Shown: positions 18,839 through 28,927 of the stretch, one piece after another | How positions within the stretch are numbered: position 1 is the stretch's first letter | Layout: every line of letters begins with the position of its first letter | NCBI GenBank assembly: GCA_003213595.1 | Contig: QCMR01000003.1 | Coordinates: 7,346 to 71,345 of the forward strand | Source: SAR86 cluster bacterium AG-422-E19 | Lineage (GTDB): Bacteria > Pseudomonadota > Gammaproteobacteria > Magnimaribacterales > AG-339-G14 | DNA length: 64,000 bases | Reading direction: 5' to 3' | Made by a program: the position numbers and the translations under genes | Notes under the pieces: model-generated | The model's input: only the letters and a program-made list of their open reading frames with translations | Told to the model about the DNA's origin: nothing | Database searches by the model: none

Positions 18839-20197
18839 ATGTTAGATAAAGAGCAAAAAAATTCACCTGAAATTTTTTCTGTCTCTCAACTCAATAAAAA
18901 CGCTAAGTTTACTCTTGAAAAAAAATTCAATGATGTTTGGGTAAAAGGAGAAATTTCTGAATTTACCAATTACCGTCAATCTGGACATTGGTACTTCACC
19001 TTAAAGGATGATAATTCATCCATCAATTGTGTGATGTTTAAATTTAAAAACTCATATCTTAAAAATATTCCTGAAATCGGTGACGAGATAGTCCTCAAAG
19101 GAAAATTATCCTTATTTGAGGCTCAAGGTAGATATCAATTTATAGCAGAAAGCTTAGAGTATTCAGGAGAAGGAGATTTGTTAAAGGCTTTTGAAAATTT
19201 AAAAAATAAACTTTTAAAAGAAGGTCTTTTCGATGAATCTTTTAAAAAAGAAATTCCTGAATTACCGATGCATATCGGTGTAGTAACTTCGCCATCAGGC
19301 GCCGTAATTCAAGATATTAGAAACGTATTGGAAAGAAGAGCGCCCTTATCAAAACTTATTTTAGCCCCTTCTTTGGTGCAGGGAGACAAAGCAGAGAACG
19401 AAATAATAAATGCATTAAACATGCTTCGAGAATTTAATAAAACAGAAAAATTAGATCTAATAATAATTGCAAGAGGCGGTGGCTCCCTAGAAGATCTTTG
19501 GTGCTTCAATAGCGAAAATATTGCAAGAGAGATTTATGCTCTTGAAATTCCTGTAATAAGCGCGGTTGGTCACGAAACAGATTTTACAATTTGCGATTTA
19601 GTTTCTGACTTAAGGGCTCCAACTCCTTCAGCAGCAGCTGAAATAGCAAGCCAAGCTCACTCACAAATTATTGATAAAATTGAGATTCTAGAAAAATCAA
19701 TCTCAATATCATTAAAAAATTATCTCGAAACTAAAAATGAAAATTTTAGTGATGCATCCAATGTTCTAAAGAAAATTAATTTTAATCTAGATCAAAAGAT
19801 TTTTAAAATTGATGAAAGCTTCAATAAAATAGTTTTTTTACAAAAAGACAGGTTTTCATCTAAAAGGTTTAACCTCATAAAAAAAAGAACTTCTTTAAGA
19901 GATAGAAATCCACTCATAAAGCTTTCAAATCAAAAAGCAGATTTAAAGAGTAAAAAATTAATTTTTAAAAATGTATTTAATAAAGTTCTTTTCAGCAAAA
20001 AAAATTCTTTTGATGCTTCTTCATCAAAATTACAAGCTTTTAGTCCTCTATCAGTTTTATCGAGGGGCTATACCGTTTCCACCAAAGATGATGAGCTCTT
20101 GGATAACACGAAGTTAACTGAGGGAGATGAAATTCTCACTAGAACTGAACGAAATCTCATTCTTTCAGAAATAACTAAAATAGATGAAATTAAATAA
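18839..20197 (+). CDS. xseA: Exodeoxyribonuclease VII large subunit
   Basis: N-terminal OB fold (VWVKGEISEFTNYRQSGHWYFTLKD), the catalytic core IGVVTSPSGAVIQD and IIARGGGSLEDLW. Confidence 0.9.
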   Translation: MLDKEQKNSPEIFSVSQLNKNAKFTLEKKFNDVWVKGEISEFTNYRQSGHWYFTLKDDNSSINCVMFKFKNSYLKNIPEIGDEIVLKGKLSLFEAQGRYQFIAESLEYSGEGDLLKAFENLKNKLLKEGLFDESFKKEIPELPMHIGVVTSPSGAVIQDIRNVLERRAPLSKLILAPSLVQGDKAENEIINALNMLREFNKTEKLDLIIIARGGGSLEDLWCFNSENIAREIYALEIPVISAVGHETDFTICDLVSDLRAPTPSAAAEIASQAHSQIIDKIEILEKSISISLKNYLETKNENFSDASNVLKKINFNLDQKIFKIDESFNKIVFLQKDRFSSKRFNLIKKRTSLRDRNPLIKLSNQKADLKSKKLIFKNVFNKVLFSKKNSFDASSSKLQAFSPLSVLSRGYTVSTKDDELLDNTKLTEGDEILTRTERNLILSEITKIDEIK

Positions 20198-20978
20198 TTT
20201 TTTAATATTTTTTTGTCTGACTTTTTTATTTAGTTGTACAAACTTCAAATTATCTGAGGTAACTCCTTGTTCATTTCCAAATGAAGCACTTGAAAAAGGA
20301 GGCCTGCTAAATAGATTTATTAGCAAAGAAAATCTAGACAATTCTTATAAAAAATATATTTGTAAAGACATTGCTGGTCATCGACTTGTATACCCCATTT
20401 CTTATTCTTCAAAAATGAAATTTACAATTATGGGAGAGACCATAATTCTTTCTGAAAAAGAATTCAGAGAATCTAGGATTACAATTAAAGATAATAAATT
20501 CAACCAAATCTCTAATGAAAATCTAACAAGAATTAAGACCGAAAGAGAAATTTATGGAAGAAAGATATCAGTAAAATCAGTAAAAAAATATCAGGATACT
20601 AAGTTCAATTTCCCTGCTAAAGGGATAATTTCCAGTGAGTATGGAGTAAAACGTTTTATAAATGGTTCCCCTAGAAATCCCCACTTAGGACTAGATATAG
20701 CGGCGGAAACTGGAACGTCAGTAGTAGCTCCAGAAAATGGCAAAGTTATTTTTGTTGGTGATTTTTTTTATAGAGGCAACCTAATAATCATTGACCATGG
20801 TAATGGCATTATCTCTACCTATTCCCATTTAAACGAAACTTTTGTTTCTGAAGGAGATAATGTTCTTAAAAATTCAAAAATTGGAACAGTTGGTTCTTCT
20901 GGAAGAGTCACTGGGCCTCATCTCCACTTTGAAATTATTTTATTAGGAATAAAAGTAAATCCAATGCTATTTCTTTAA
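20184..20978 (+). CDS. M23-family peptidase lipoprotein
   Basis: Lipobox LTFLFSC and the LytM motifs HLGLDIAA and GPHLHFE. Confidence 0.85.
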   Translation: MKLNNFLIFFCLTFLFSCTNFKLSEVTPCSFPNEALEKGGLLNRFISKENLDNSYKKYICKDIAGHRLVYPISYSSKMKFTIMGETIILSEKEFRESRITIKDNKFNQISNENLTRIKTEREIYGRKISVKSVKKYQDTKFNFPAKGIISSEYGVKRFINGSPRNPHLGLDIAAETGTSVVAPENGKVIFVGDFFYRGNLIIIDHGNGIISTYSHLNETFVSEGDNVLKNSKIGTVGSSGRVTGPHLHFEIILLGIKVNPMLFL

Positions 20979-21415
20979 AGAGATAACAATTTAATAATTT
21001 CTTCTTCTGTTTGCGGTCCAACTAATGTAAGTTCCAATTCTCCTTTTCTATTAACAATAAATGTTACAGGAAGGTTTTCTGGTATGACCCAATCATAAAT
21101 AATAGAAGGGTCTGTTAATAAAGAGTCTACTTGTACATTAAATTTTTCTAACTGTTGTTTTAATTCCTCTCCTTCCAACATATCAAAGTTAATTAAAAAA
21201 ACTTTTAAATCATCAGAGAAATTGGACTGAAGATTATTTAATTCAGGAATTTCTTTTATACAAGGAGGACACCAATCTGCCCAATAGTTAAAAACTATCC
21301 ATTTACCTTTTAAATCATCAAGAAAAACTCCTTTTCCTTCAAAAACATTTAGATCCGGTTTTGAGCAAGAGAGCAGAAGAAAAATTATCAAAAAATTATT
21401 AAAAATAGACTTCAT
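20975..21415 (-). CDS. TlpA-like periplasmic thiol:disulfide oxidoreductase lipoprotein
   Basis: Lipobox LLLSCS and a thioredoxin fold with WADWCPPC. Confidence 0.8.
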   Translation of the reverse strand: MKSIFNNFLIIFLLLSCSKPDLNVFEGKGVFLDDLKGKWIVFNYWADWCPPCIKEIPELNNLQSNFSDDLKVFLINFDMLEGEELKQQLEKFNVQVDSLLTDPSIIYDWVIPENLPVTFIVNRKGELELTLVGPQTEEEIIKLLSL

Positions 21416-21439
21416 AATCTTTATATAATACTTCTTTAA

Positions 21440-23167
21440 ATGAGCTTCTTAAGAAAATTTTTCAACTTCGTTGACCTAACAAGAAAAGTTATTTTGAATC
21501 TATTTTTCATTTTGGCTTTGTTGTTCATTGCAATCACTTTTTTGGTTAGCGACGTCAAGGAAGACCTTAGTGCTGTATTAACTTTTGCCCCAAAAAAAAT
21601 AAACGAAACAACAAATTCAAATCTTTCTTTTTTTGAGAGGGAAACCTATGAATTGAATTTGTTTGAAATAATTTCGGCTATTGAAACGGCGGGTACAGAA
21701 GAAGAAGTAAAGATACTATTTATGGATTTAACCTATTTAGACATTTCATTCACAGGTATCTTAGAAATTGGTAAAGCCATAGAGAGTTTCAAAAGTCAGG
21801 GCAAAAAAGTAATTGCCTATTCTGATTTTTACGACAAGAAAAACTATCTTTTGGCTTCTTATGCTGATTCTATTTTATTGAATCAGAATGGTTTGGTTCT
21901 TTTAGATGGATTTTCTTCACAGAAACCTTTTATTAAACAATTATTAGAAAAACTTAATATTGGTGTATCAACTTTTGTTTCTGGAAAATATAAATCAGCA
22001 TTGGACACTTTTACTCGAGATAATTTATCCGAAGAAGATAGACTCCAAACATCTTCTTATCTTTCTGAAGTCTGGGATTCTTGGAAAGAAATAATTACAA
22101 AAAATAGAAGTAAAATTTCAGATTTAAAAATAGATAATTACATAAATAATCTTGGAAAATTAACGGAAAAATTTGATGGTGACACTGCAAAGCTAGCTAA
22201 AAGCGAAGGTTTGGTTGACACTTTAACTGTAAGAACGAACTTAAATGACTATCTATCTTCGCTTGTTGAGGAAAAAATAATATCTTTTAAAGATAACCTA
22301 GCGCTCTTGAACAATGAAAATTCTTCAGATAATAAATTTGCTGTCTTAGTAGCCTCTGGAGAAATAATAGATGGTGAATATGCAGAAGGAGCGATCTCCA
22401 GTGAAAACTTTTCAAAAACTCTCAATAAAATTGATAAAGATGAGTCAATTAAAGGTTTATTTCTAAGAGTAAATTCTCCAGGAGGAAGTGGTTTTGCTTC
22501 AGAAATAATCAGACAAAGATTAGAACTTCTCAATAAAAAAATTCCAATAGTAGTTTCAATGGGAGATATTGCTGCATCGGGAGGTTATTGGATTTCTATG
22601 AATCAAAATACAATAATTGCAAACCCATTTACTCTTACTGGGTCCATTGGTGTCTGGGCAGCCTTACCTAATTTTAAAGATTCCTTTGGAAATGTTGGAA
22701 TACTCTTTGATAAGGTTTCTACCAACGAATTAAATTTTTCGTTATTGGAACCTCCTAATGATAACTTATCTTCATTTATGCAAAGTTATGTTGATGGTTC
22801 TTACAATAAATTTATCAAGCTTGTATCAAAGAACCGACAGTTAACTATCGATAATACTGAAAAGATTGCTCAAGGAAGAATTTGGTCTGGCAAATCAGCT
22901 CTTCAAAATAATCTTGTCGACTCTCTTGGGGTATTTCAAGATGGTATTAAAATTCTTGAAGAGAAATCAGGAATTTCAGATTTCAAAATAAAATATATAT
23001 CTACTTCTCCAGGAATTATTGATGATTTATTTGCATCTTTTAATTCTTTTTTGAATTCAACTTACAGCCTTTTTGGCTTTATAGAATCAATAGATATTCA
23101 AAGACTTGTCAGTAAGAAAAAAATTGAAACGAACTTAATTTGTTTAGTTTGTCCTGAATTAAGATAG
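21440..23167 (+). CDS. sppA: Signal peptide peptidase SppA (67K type)
   Basis: 575 aa with an N-terminal TM helix and duplicated S49 domains (RVNSPGGSGFASE, ASGGYWIS). Confidence 0.85.
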   Translation: MSFLRKFFNFVDLTRKVILNLFFILALLFIAITFLVSDVKEDLSAVLTFAPKKINETTNSNLSFFERETYELNLFEIISAIETAGTEEEVKILFMDLTYLDISFTGILEIGKAIESFKSQGKKVIAYSDFYDKKNYLLASYADSILLNQNGLVLLDGFSSQKPFIKQLLEKLNIGVSTFVSGKYKSALDTFTRDNLSEEDRLQTSSYLSEVWDSWKEIITKNRSKISDLKIDNYINNLGKLTEKFDGDTAKLAKSEGLVDTLTVRTNLNDYLSSLVEEKIISFKDNLALLNNENSSDNKFAVLVASGEIIDGEYAEGAISSENFSKTLNKIDKDESIKGLFLRVNSPGGSGFASEIIRQRLELLNKKIPIVVSMGDIAASGGYWISMNQNTIIANPFTLTGSIGVWAALPNFKDSFGNVGILFDKVSTNELNFSLLEPPNDNLSSFMQSYVDGSYNKFIKLVSKNRQLTIDNTEKIAQGRIWSGKSALQNNLVDSLGVFQDGIKILEEKSGISDFKIKYISTSPGIIDDLFASFNSFLNSTYSLFGFIESIDIQRLVSKKKIETNLICLVCPELR

Positions 23168-23170
23168 TTT

Positions 23171-23830
23171 TTAAATAATTTTCTTTATTAAATTTATTGA
23201 AATAGATTTTTTTTCTTGATGGGAGATTTCATCAAGTTTTTCTGCCAAATTTAATAAACTATTTAAATCTCGAGAATGATGCGTAAATATGTATTGCATT
23301 TCTTTGTCATTGATTTCTAAGCCCCTTTGCTGAAGTTCAAAGTTAATTAGGTTCATTTTTTCTTCATCAGCAGGATTTAAAATCTCAACAGGTAAAACGG
23401 TATTCAATCTTGATTCAAGATCTGCCAATTTAATATCTAAATTTTTAATGAAATCATTACTTGAAAATAAGATTTTGTTATTTTGACTTAAACAATAATT
23501 AAAGCCATTAAATAGAAAAATTTCTGATTCTTGATTTAAAGTATCGCTTGATAAGTTTTTTATAAACACCATTGGATATTTAAATACATCCGGGTTTAAA
23601 GTCTTTTCATTTAGATCGATTATTTTGGGTTGTGTTTTGTAAGAATTTAAAGAAGCATGAAATAAATAATTTCTTATTAGATCTTCTTTGATGTTTAGTA
23701 ATAAAAAATTTTCTTCATTACTAAAAAATAACTCAATTTCAGAGATCATTTTTTTTAAAAATGAAAAGTTTTTCAGCTGCTCCAATGATCTCTCTTTAGG
23801 CAAGAAAATATCTAAAACTTTTTGATTCAT
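23171..23830 (-). CDS. hda: Hda-like DnaA-related protein with degenerate AAA+ motifs
   Basis: The C-terminal half aligns by eye with Hda (LADLESRL...LNPADEEKMNLINFELQQRGLEINDKEMQYIF). The synteny with DUF2066 and purMN matches Pseudomonas. No P-loop is visible. Confidence 0.6.
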   Translation of the reverse strand: MNQKVLDIFLPKERSLEQLKNFSFLKKMISEIELFFSNEENFLLLNIKEDLIRNYLFHASLNSYKTQPKIIDLNEKTLNPDVFKYPMVFIKNLSSDTLNQESEIFLFNGFNYCLSQNNKILFSSNDFIKNLDIKLADLESRLNTVLPVEILNPADEEKMNLINFELQQRGLEINDKEMQYIFTHHSRDLNSLLNLAEKLDEISHQEKKSISINLIKKII

Positions 23831-24381
23831 TAAAAGAATATTTGGGAAATTACTTTTCTACCTGGATAGTTTAAATATTCTATTACGCTATAAAGAGAAG
23901 TTACTAAGAGCGCTACCATCAGAAAATTTAAGAAAACTATAGGAACAAGACCAAACGAGACCTCAATAATTACGAATCCTAAATAGGTCATCAAAACGAA
24001 ACTATTAAATTTTCCAGAAAAATATGGTTTTATTTCGTAATTATCAATTAGAAGAGAAGACAAAATGACTCCAACAATGATAAAGAGATCTCTACTCAGA
24101 AGAAACATTGTTAAATAAATATTTATTTCTCCAACTAAAGATAGAGATATAAGTGTAGCAATGACAAGAACTTTGTCTGAAATAGGATCAAACACTTTAC
24201 CAAATCTACTTTCCCAAGAGTACTTTCTTGCAAGATATCCATCTAAAAAATCAGATATTCCTGCCAGAAAAAAGAAAAAAAGGGTAAGTTGATAATTTTC
24301 TTCTAAAATACTTATTACAATCGGGTAAACCAAAAAAAAACGAAAAACGGTCAAGAAATTAGGTATTGAGGACGCAATCAT
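23830..24381 (-). CDS. CDP-alcohol phosphatidyltransferase (PgsA-like)
   Basis: Motif DFLDGYLARKYSWESRFGKVFDPISDK (DGx2ARx8Gx3Dx3D) in a 183-aa multi-TM protein. Confidence 0.8.
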   Translation of the reverse strand: MIASSIPNFLTVFRFFLVYPIVISILEENYQLTLFFFFLAGISDFLDGYLARKYSWESRFGKVFDPISDKVLVIATLISLSLVGEINIYLTMFLLSRDLFIIVGVILSSLLIDNYEIKPYFSGKFNSFVLMTYLGFVIIEVSFGLVPIVFLNFLMVALLVTSLYSVIEYLNYPGRKVISQIFF

Positions 24382-25376
24382 TATTCGCCTAAAGCTAGGA
24401 AAAGTTTATCTTTTTCTTTGTTTATAAGGATTAAATTTTCAATTTCATCAAAGTAATTCAATAGATTTCTTTCCTCTGATAAAAGATTGAAACTATAAGT
24501 AGCTGTATTATTTTTTAATGACATTAAACTTAGATTATTAATAAATAAAATATTTTTTAATTTATTTTCAAATGATTTGTGATCTGAAAACTTTTTTAAT
24601 CCTCTAATTTCTAAATAGTAAGGAAGATTGGATTTTGAGCTTGCTTTGAGTCTTTGGTTACTAAATAAGTTATCAATTAAGATGTTTATGCCGACTGCTG
24701 GCTTATATTTAGATTCAATATCTAATTTAGAAAATTTCTTTTCAATATCTTCTGGAAGAAAACACCATTCACTTGAACTTGAAATTTCACAAAAAAACCA
24801 TCCGTCGGAAGGATAACGATCATTAAAAATTGTTAAATTCTCTAAATTAGAATTATTTTCAAAGCTAAATAAACTAATATCTCGAGAGTCTAATATAGGG
24901 TAGACAATTGTTATGTCCCTCTCGTTTGCAACCCTATCAAATTCTTTTTTCACAAACTTACATTTCTGATCTAAAGATTTAGCTGCCTGAAGAGATGAGT
25001 AATCTGGCTTACAAAGAACCCAAGCGGCAACTTTTGGATTTTTTAAAAAAGAAATTCCAAGATTTAGTTCCAGTAGCTTTTCCTGAAGTGCTTTTAAATC
25101 AATCATTACCTCAAGAGCTTCCTCATCATTAAATTCGATAAATTTGTACTCTCTCACAAAATTATTAGGATTTAATTTTTTAAAATTTTGTTGATTAAGA
25201 TTGAAGTCCCTTTGACTGCCTAATACTTTTAATATCGATTGGTTTAAAGCTTTTTGAAGTAATTCAGAAACTTCCTCATCATCACCTTGAACAATTGTAG
25301 AGTAATCCTCGCTGTATAAATTAAAAACAGAAAAAATAAGAGAAATAAAAAAAATAACTTTAATAATTTTTAGCAT
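24381..25376 (-). CDS. DUF2066-like secreted protein
   Basis: Has a signal peptide. The call rests mainly on its position divergent from purM, as in Pseudomonas, and is tentative. Confidence 0.5.
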   Translation of the reverse strand: MLKIIKVIFFISLIFSVFNLYSEDYSTIVQGDDEEVSELLQKALNQSILKVLGSQRDFNLNQQNFKKLNPNNFVREYKFIEFNDEEALEVMIDLKALQEKLLELNLGISFLKNPKVAAWVLCKPDYSSLQAAKSLDQKCKFVKKEFDRVANERDITIVYPILDSRDISLFSFENNSNLENLTIFNDRYPSDGWFFCEISSSSEWCFLPEDIEKKFSKLDIESKYKPAVGINILIDNLFSNQRLKASSKSNLPYYLEIRGLKKFSDHKSFENKLKNILFINNLSLMSLKNNTATYSFNLLSEERNLLNYFDEIENLILINKEKDKLFLALGE

Positions 25377-25426
25377 TAAAAATGATTATAATATGTTTTT
25401 TTAATAGAACTTAAATTCAAAATCCT

Positions 25427-26464
25427 TTGTCTAGATCAAACAAAACTTCCTATGCTGATTCTGGAGTAAGCATAAAAAGGGGTGATCAATTAGTAGATAT
25501 CATAAAACCTTTAGCCAAGACTACCTTTAGAAAAGAAATAATCGGCTCTATAGGAGGTTTTGCTGCTGCTTCTGTTCTCCCAAAAAAATACAAAAATCCT
25601 GTCTTGATAAGTTGTACCGATGGAGTGGGTACAAAAATTGAAATTGCTGATGCGATGAAAGTTTATGATTCAATAGGCATAGATTTAGTAGCAATGTGTG
25701 TAAATGATTTAATTACTTTACAAGCAGAGCCACTTTTTTTTCTAGATTACCTTGTTACAGATAAAATAAATCTTAATGTTTCAAAAGAAATAATTAAAGG
25801 AATAACAAAAGGTTGTAAGGATTCGCAGTGCTCTTTAATAGGTGGAGAAACAGCAGAACATCCTAACGCTTTCCCTAAAGGTAAGTTTGACTTGGCAGGC
25901 TTTTGTGTTGGAGTTTTAGAGAAAAGCTCAAAGAAGCTTAAAAACCAAGTAAAAAAAGGTGATGTTTTGATAGGTTTAAAATCCAATGGATTGCATTCAA
26001 ATGGCTTTTCTTTGGTTAGAAAACTCATTGAAAAAAAGCAGATTAGATTAAATCAAAAATTCAAAGGATCTACTCTGGGAAAAGCTCTATTGAAGCCCAC
26101 GAAAATCTATGTAAAAGAAGTTTTATTCCTTAAAGATAAGATTCATTTAAATGCCTTAAGTCACATTACTGGAGGAGGACTTACGGGAAATTTAGAAAGA
26201 ATAATTCCAAGTAATCTTTCAGCAAATATTTCTATCGGATCAAAGTATCCATTTCATGATGATCTTTTTAGTTTAATTGAGTCAAAATCGAATCTATCTA
26301 AAATGGAGATGTTATCAACTTTTAACTGCGGCATTGGCATGATACTTTCGATAAGCAAAAGCGATTTAACACAATGCAAGAATCATTTAAAAAAGTTAAA
26401 AATGCCCCACTTCGAATTAGGTTTTATAAGTCCAAGAAAATCAAATAAAGGAATCATTTTTTGA
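25427..26464 (+). CDS. purM: Phosphoribosylformylglycinamidine cyclo-ligase
   Basis: SYADSGVSI, GGFAA, CTDGVGTK and GGETAE blocks. TTG start as given by the track. Confidence 0.95.
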   Translation: MSRSNKTSYADSGVSIKRGDQLVDIIKPLAKTTFRKEIIGSIGGFAAASVLPKKYKNPVLISCTDGVGTKIEIADAMKVYDSIGIDLVAMCVNDLITLQAEPLFFLDYLVTDKINLNVSKEIIKGITKGCKDSQCSLIGGETAEHPNAFPKGKFDLAGFCVGVLEKSSKKLKNQVKKGDVLIGLKSNGLHSNGFSLVRKLIEKKQIRLNQKFKGSTLGKALLKPTKIYVKEVLFLKDKIHLNALSHITGGGLTGNLERIIPSNLSANISIGSKYPFHDDLFSLIESKSNLSKMEMLSTFNCGIGMILSISKSDLTQCKNHLKKLKMPHFELGFISPRKSNKGIIF

Positions 26465-27112
26465 ATGAGCAAAAAATTAGCCTTAGCAATTCTCTTATCA
26501 GGAAATGGTACAAATTTTCAAGCAATAGTTGATAGCATTGAAAATGGTCGTTTAAAAGCTGCTATAAAAATTGTTATTTCAAATAACAAGGATGCTAATG
26601 GTTTAAAAAGAGCAAAAAAACACAATATAAAAAATTTGTGTTTAGATCATAAAGATTTTGAGGACCGTAAATCGTATGATCAGAAACTTAAAGAAGTAAT
26701 AAAGCAAGAAAGTGTAGATTTTATAATTCTTGCAGGTTTTATGAGGATATTAGGGTCGAATTTTGTAAAGAACTTCCCTAACAAAATAATAAACATTCAC
26801 CCTTCTCTTTTACCAAAATATCCAGGTCTAAATACTCATAAAAAAGTCCTTGAAAACAAAGATAAAGAACACGGGGTTACGGTTCACATCGTTGATGAGG
26901 GGCTAGATAGTGGTCCAATAATTGGCTACGCAAAAGTTAAAGTGGATGTTAAAGAAAAAGAAAACGATCTTATAAATAAAATTCATAAAATAGAACATTT
27001 TATTTATCCAGAAATATTAACTGAACTTCAGGAAGGTAAAATATCTATCATCAATAACAAAATAAAAATAGATGATGTCTATCATAAAAATGGTAAAGAA
27101 TATTTTATTTAA
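26465..27112 (+). CDS. purN: Phosphoribosylglycinamide formyltransferase
   Basis: LSGNGTNFQAI, IINIHPSLLPKYPGLNTH and HIVDEGLDSGPII. Confidence 0.95.
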   Translation: MSKKLALAILLSGNGTNFQAIVDSIENGRLKAAIKIVISNNKDANGLKRAKKHNIKNLCLDHKDFEDRKSYDQKLKEVIKQESVDFIILAGFMRILGSNFVKNFPNKIINIHPSLLPKYPGLNTHKKVLENKDKEHGVTVHIVDEGLDSGPIIGYAKVKVDVKEKENDLINKIHKIEHFIYPEILTELQEGKISIINNKIKIDDVYHKNGKEYFI

Positions 27113-27749
27113 AGTACTGTTTTGTTTTTTTTGTAATCAAATATTCTTATTTGATCTAAATCCTTATGAAAATTATTATTCATCAAAACCAACTGGATCG
27201 GTAAAAGAAACATTAGAGAAAATATCTGAAAAAAGTTGGAAGATTTCGTCCTCTGGTAAACATCCCCTTTTCACCATAAAACAAGAATCTATTTTTAGTA
27301 TAGACAATGGAAATGTTATTTTGGAATCTGGATTTAGAAAGCTTGATATTTTAGGAGGACTAAGAAAGGATCATCAGACCTATAAAGTTAAAAAAGAAGG
27401 TGATCGAAAAATTATTATTTATTCTTTCGGTAAAAAGAAAGGTTCAATTGAAATTGAAGAAAATTTTTACGATAACCTAACTCTTCAGATTCAAACTAAA
27501 ATGAATTTTCTTAAAAAGGAAGAGTTTAAAATAAATTATTACGACAAGGGAAAAATTAAAATAAAGTCTTTTTTAAATAAAAGAGAAAAAATTATTTATA
27601 AATCAAAAGCCGTTGAAGTATTTGAGTTTACTGAGCAAAGAGAAGATAAGAGATATTTTAAATTTTTGATCCAGAACGATTCTGACAAAGAAACAATAAG
27701 GGTTTTCCAAGGCGGAAGAGGATTTAATGTTGATTGGGAATTAGATTGA
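27072..27749 (+). CDS. DUF3108-like hypothetical protein
   Basis: Has a signal-like N-terminus and sits directly after purN. The family assignment rests on synteny as I recall it. The start is uncertain and overlaps purN by 41 nt. Confidence 0.5.
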   Translation: MMSIIKMVKNILFKVLFCFFCNQIFLFDLNPYENYYSSKPTGSVKETLEKISEKSWKISSSGKHPLFTIKQESIFSIDNGNVILESGFRKLDILGGLRKDHQTYKVKKEGDRKIIIYSFGKKKGSIEIEENFYDNLTLQIQTKMNFLKKEEFKINYYDKGKIKIKSFLNKREKIIYKSKAVEVFEFTEQREDKRYFKFLIQNDSDKETIRVFQGGRGFNVDWELD

Positions 27750-27750
27750 G

Positions 27751-28323
27751 TCAAGCTTTAGGAAGAGTTACTCCTTTTTGACCTTGGTATTTCCCGCCTC
27801 TGTCTTTATAACTTACCTCACAAACTTCATCTGATTGAAAAAATAACATTTGAGCTACGCCCTCATTTGCATAAATTTTTGCTGGAAGACTGGTGGTATT
27901 GGAAAATTCTAAGGTTACGTGCCCTTCCCATTCTGGTTCAAGAGGAGTTACATTTACAATGATTCCACACCTTGCGTAGGTTGATTTACCGAGACAAATT
28001 GTAATAACGTCTCTTGGAATTTTGAAATATTCAATTGTTCTTGCTAAAGCAAAAGAATTAGGAGGAATTACGCACTCATCTTGAATAACATCAATAAAGC
28101 TAGAACTATCAAATTTTTTTGGATCAACTGTTGCTGAATGGATATTTGTGAATACTTTAAATTCATTTGCACACCTTACGTCATAGCCATAGCTGGAAAG
28201 CCCATAGGAAATTAATTTTTCATTATTTTCTTCATTAGTTTTTACTTGATTGGATTGGAAAGGAGAAATCATGTCATTTTCTAAAGACATCTTTTTTATC
28301 CAATTATCTGATTTGATAGACAT
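27751..28323 (-). CDS. dcd: dCTP deaminase (short Pseudomonas type)
   Basis: [12 protein letters not shown]..., [53 protein letters not shown]. Confidence 0.95.
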   Translation of the reverse strand: MSIKSDNWIKKMSLENDMISPFQSNQVKTNEENNEKLISYGLSSYGYDVRCANEFKVFTNIHSATVDPKKFDSSSFIDVIQDECVIPPNSFALARTIEYFKIPRDVITICLGKSTYARCGIIVNVTPLEPEWEGHVTLEFSNTTSLPAKIYANEGVAQMLFFQSDEVCEVSYKDRGGKYQGQKGVTLPKA

Positions 28324-28327
28324 GGTT

Positions 28328-28927
28328 TTATTTTAATTCAGTTCTAAAGGAAATTGCTCTTCTAAGAGTATTATTATCAACATAATTTAAGTCTCCACCT
28401 GCCGGAACTCCTTGTGCGATTCTTGTAACAGTCACGTCTTTCTTTTTTAATTTTTCCAACAAAAAATAAGCAGTGGCCTCGCCTTCTAATGTTGAATTCA
28501 ATGCAAGAATGACCTCTTTTGAATTGAATTCTTCTATGAGATCTAATAATTTTTCTATTCTTAGTTCTTCTGCGCCAATATTATCGATTGGGGAAAGAAG
28601 ACCATTAAGAACAAAATACCTACCATCGAATTCAGATGTTTCTTCAATTGAGTAAAGATCTGAAGTTGATTCTACAACACATATTGAATTGTTATTTCTA
28701 GTCGCTGAGTTACAAATTTCACAAAGCTCTTGATCATTTAAAACATAACATTTTTGGCACAATTGAATATTTAAAATTGCATCTTCGATAGACTTGGAAA
28801 GCGATAAGCCAATTTCTTTATTTGAACTCAATAATGAAAGAGCCATTCTTTTAGCTGATTTTGGGCCAATTCCAGGAAGAGATTTTAATGAATCGATTAA
28901 TTCAGAAATTTTAGGACTAAGTTTCAT
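28328..28927 (-). CDS. recR: Recombination protein RecR
   Basis: HhH N-terminus [13 protein letters not shown], Cys4 finger CQKC...CEIC, and a Toprim domain. Confidence 0.95.
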   Translation of the reverse strand: MKLSPKISELIDSLKSLPGIGPKSAKRMALSLLSSNKEIGLSLSKSIEDAILNIQLCQKCYVLNDQELCEICNSATRNNNSICVVESTSDLYSIEETSEFDGRYFVLNGLLSPIDNIGAEELRIEKLLDLIEEFNSKEVILALNSTLEGEATAYFLLEKLKKKDVTVTRIAQGVPAGGDLNYVDNNTLRRAISFRTELK

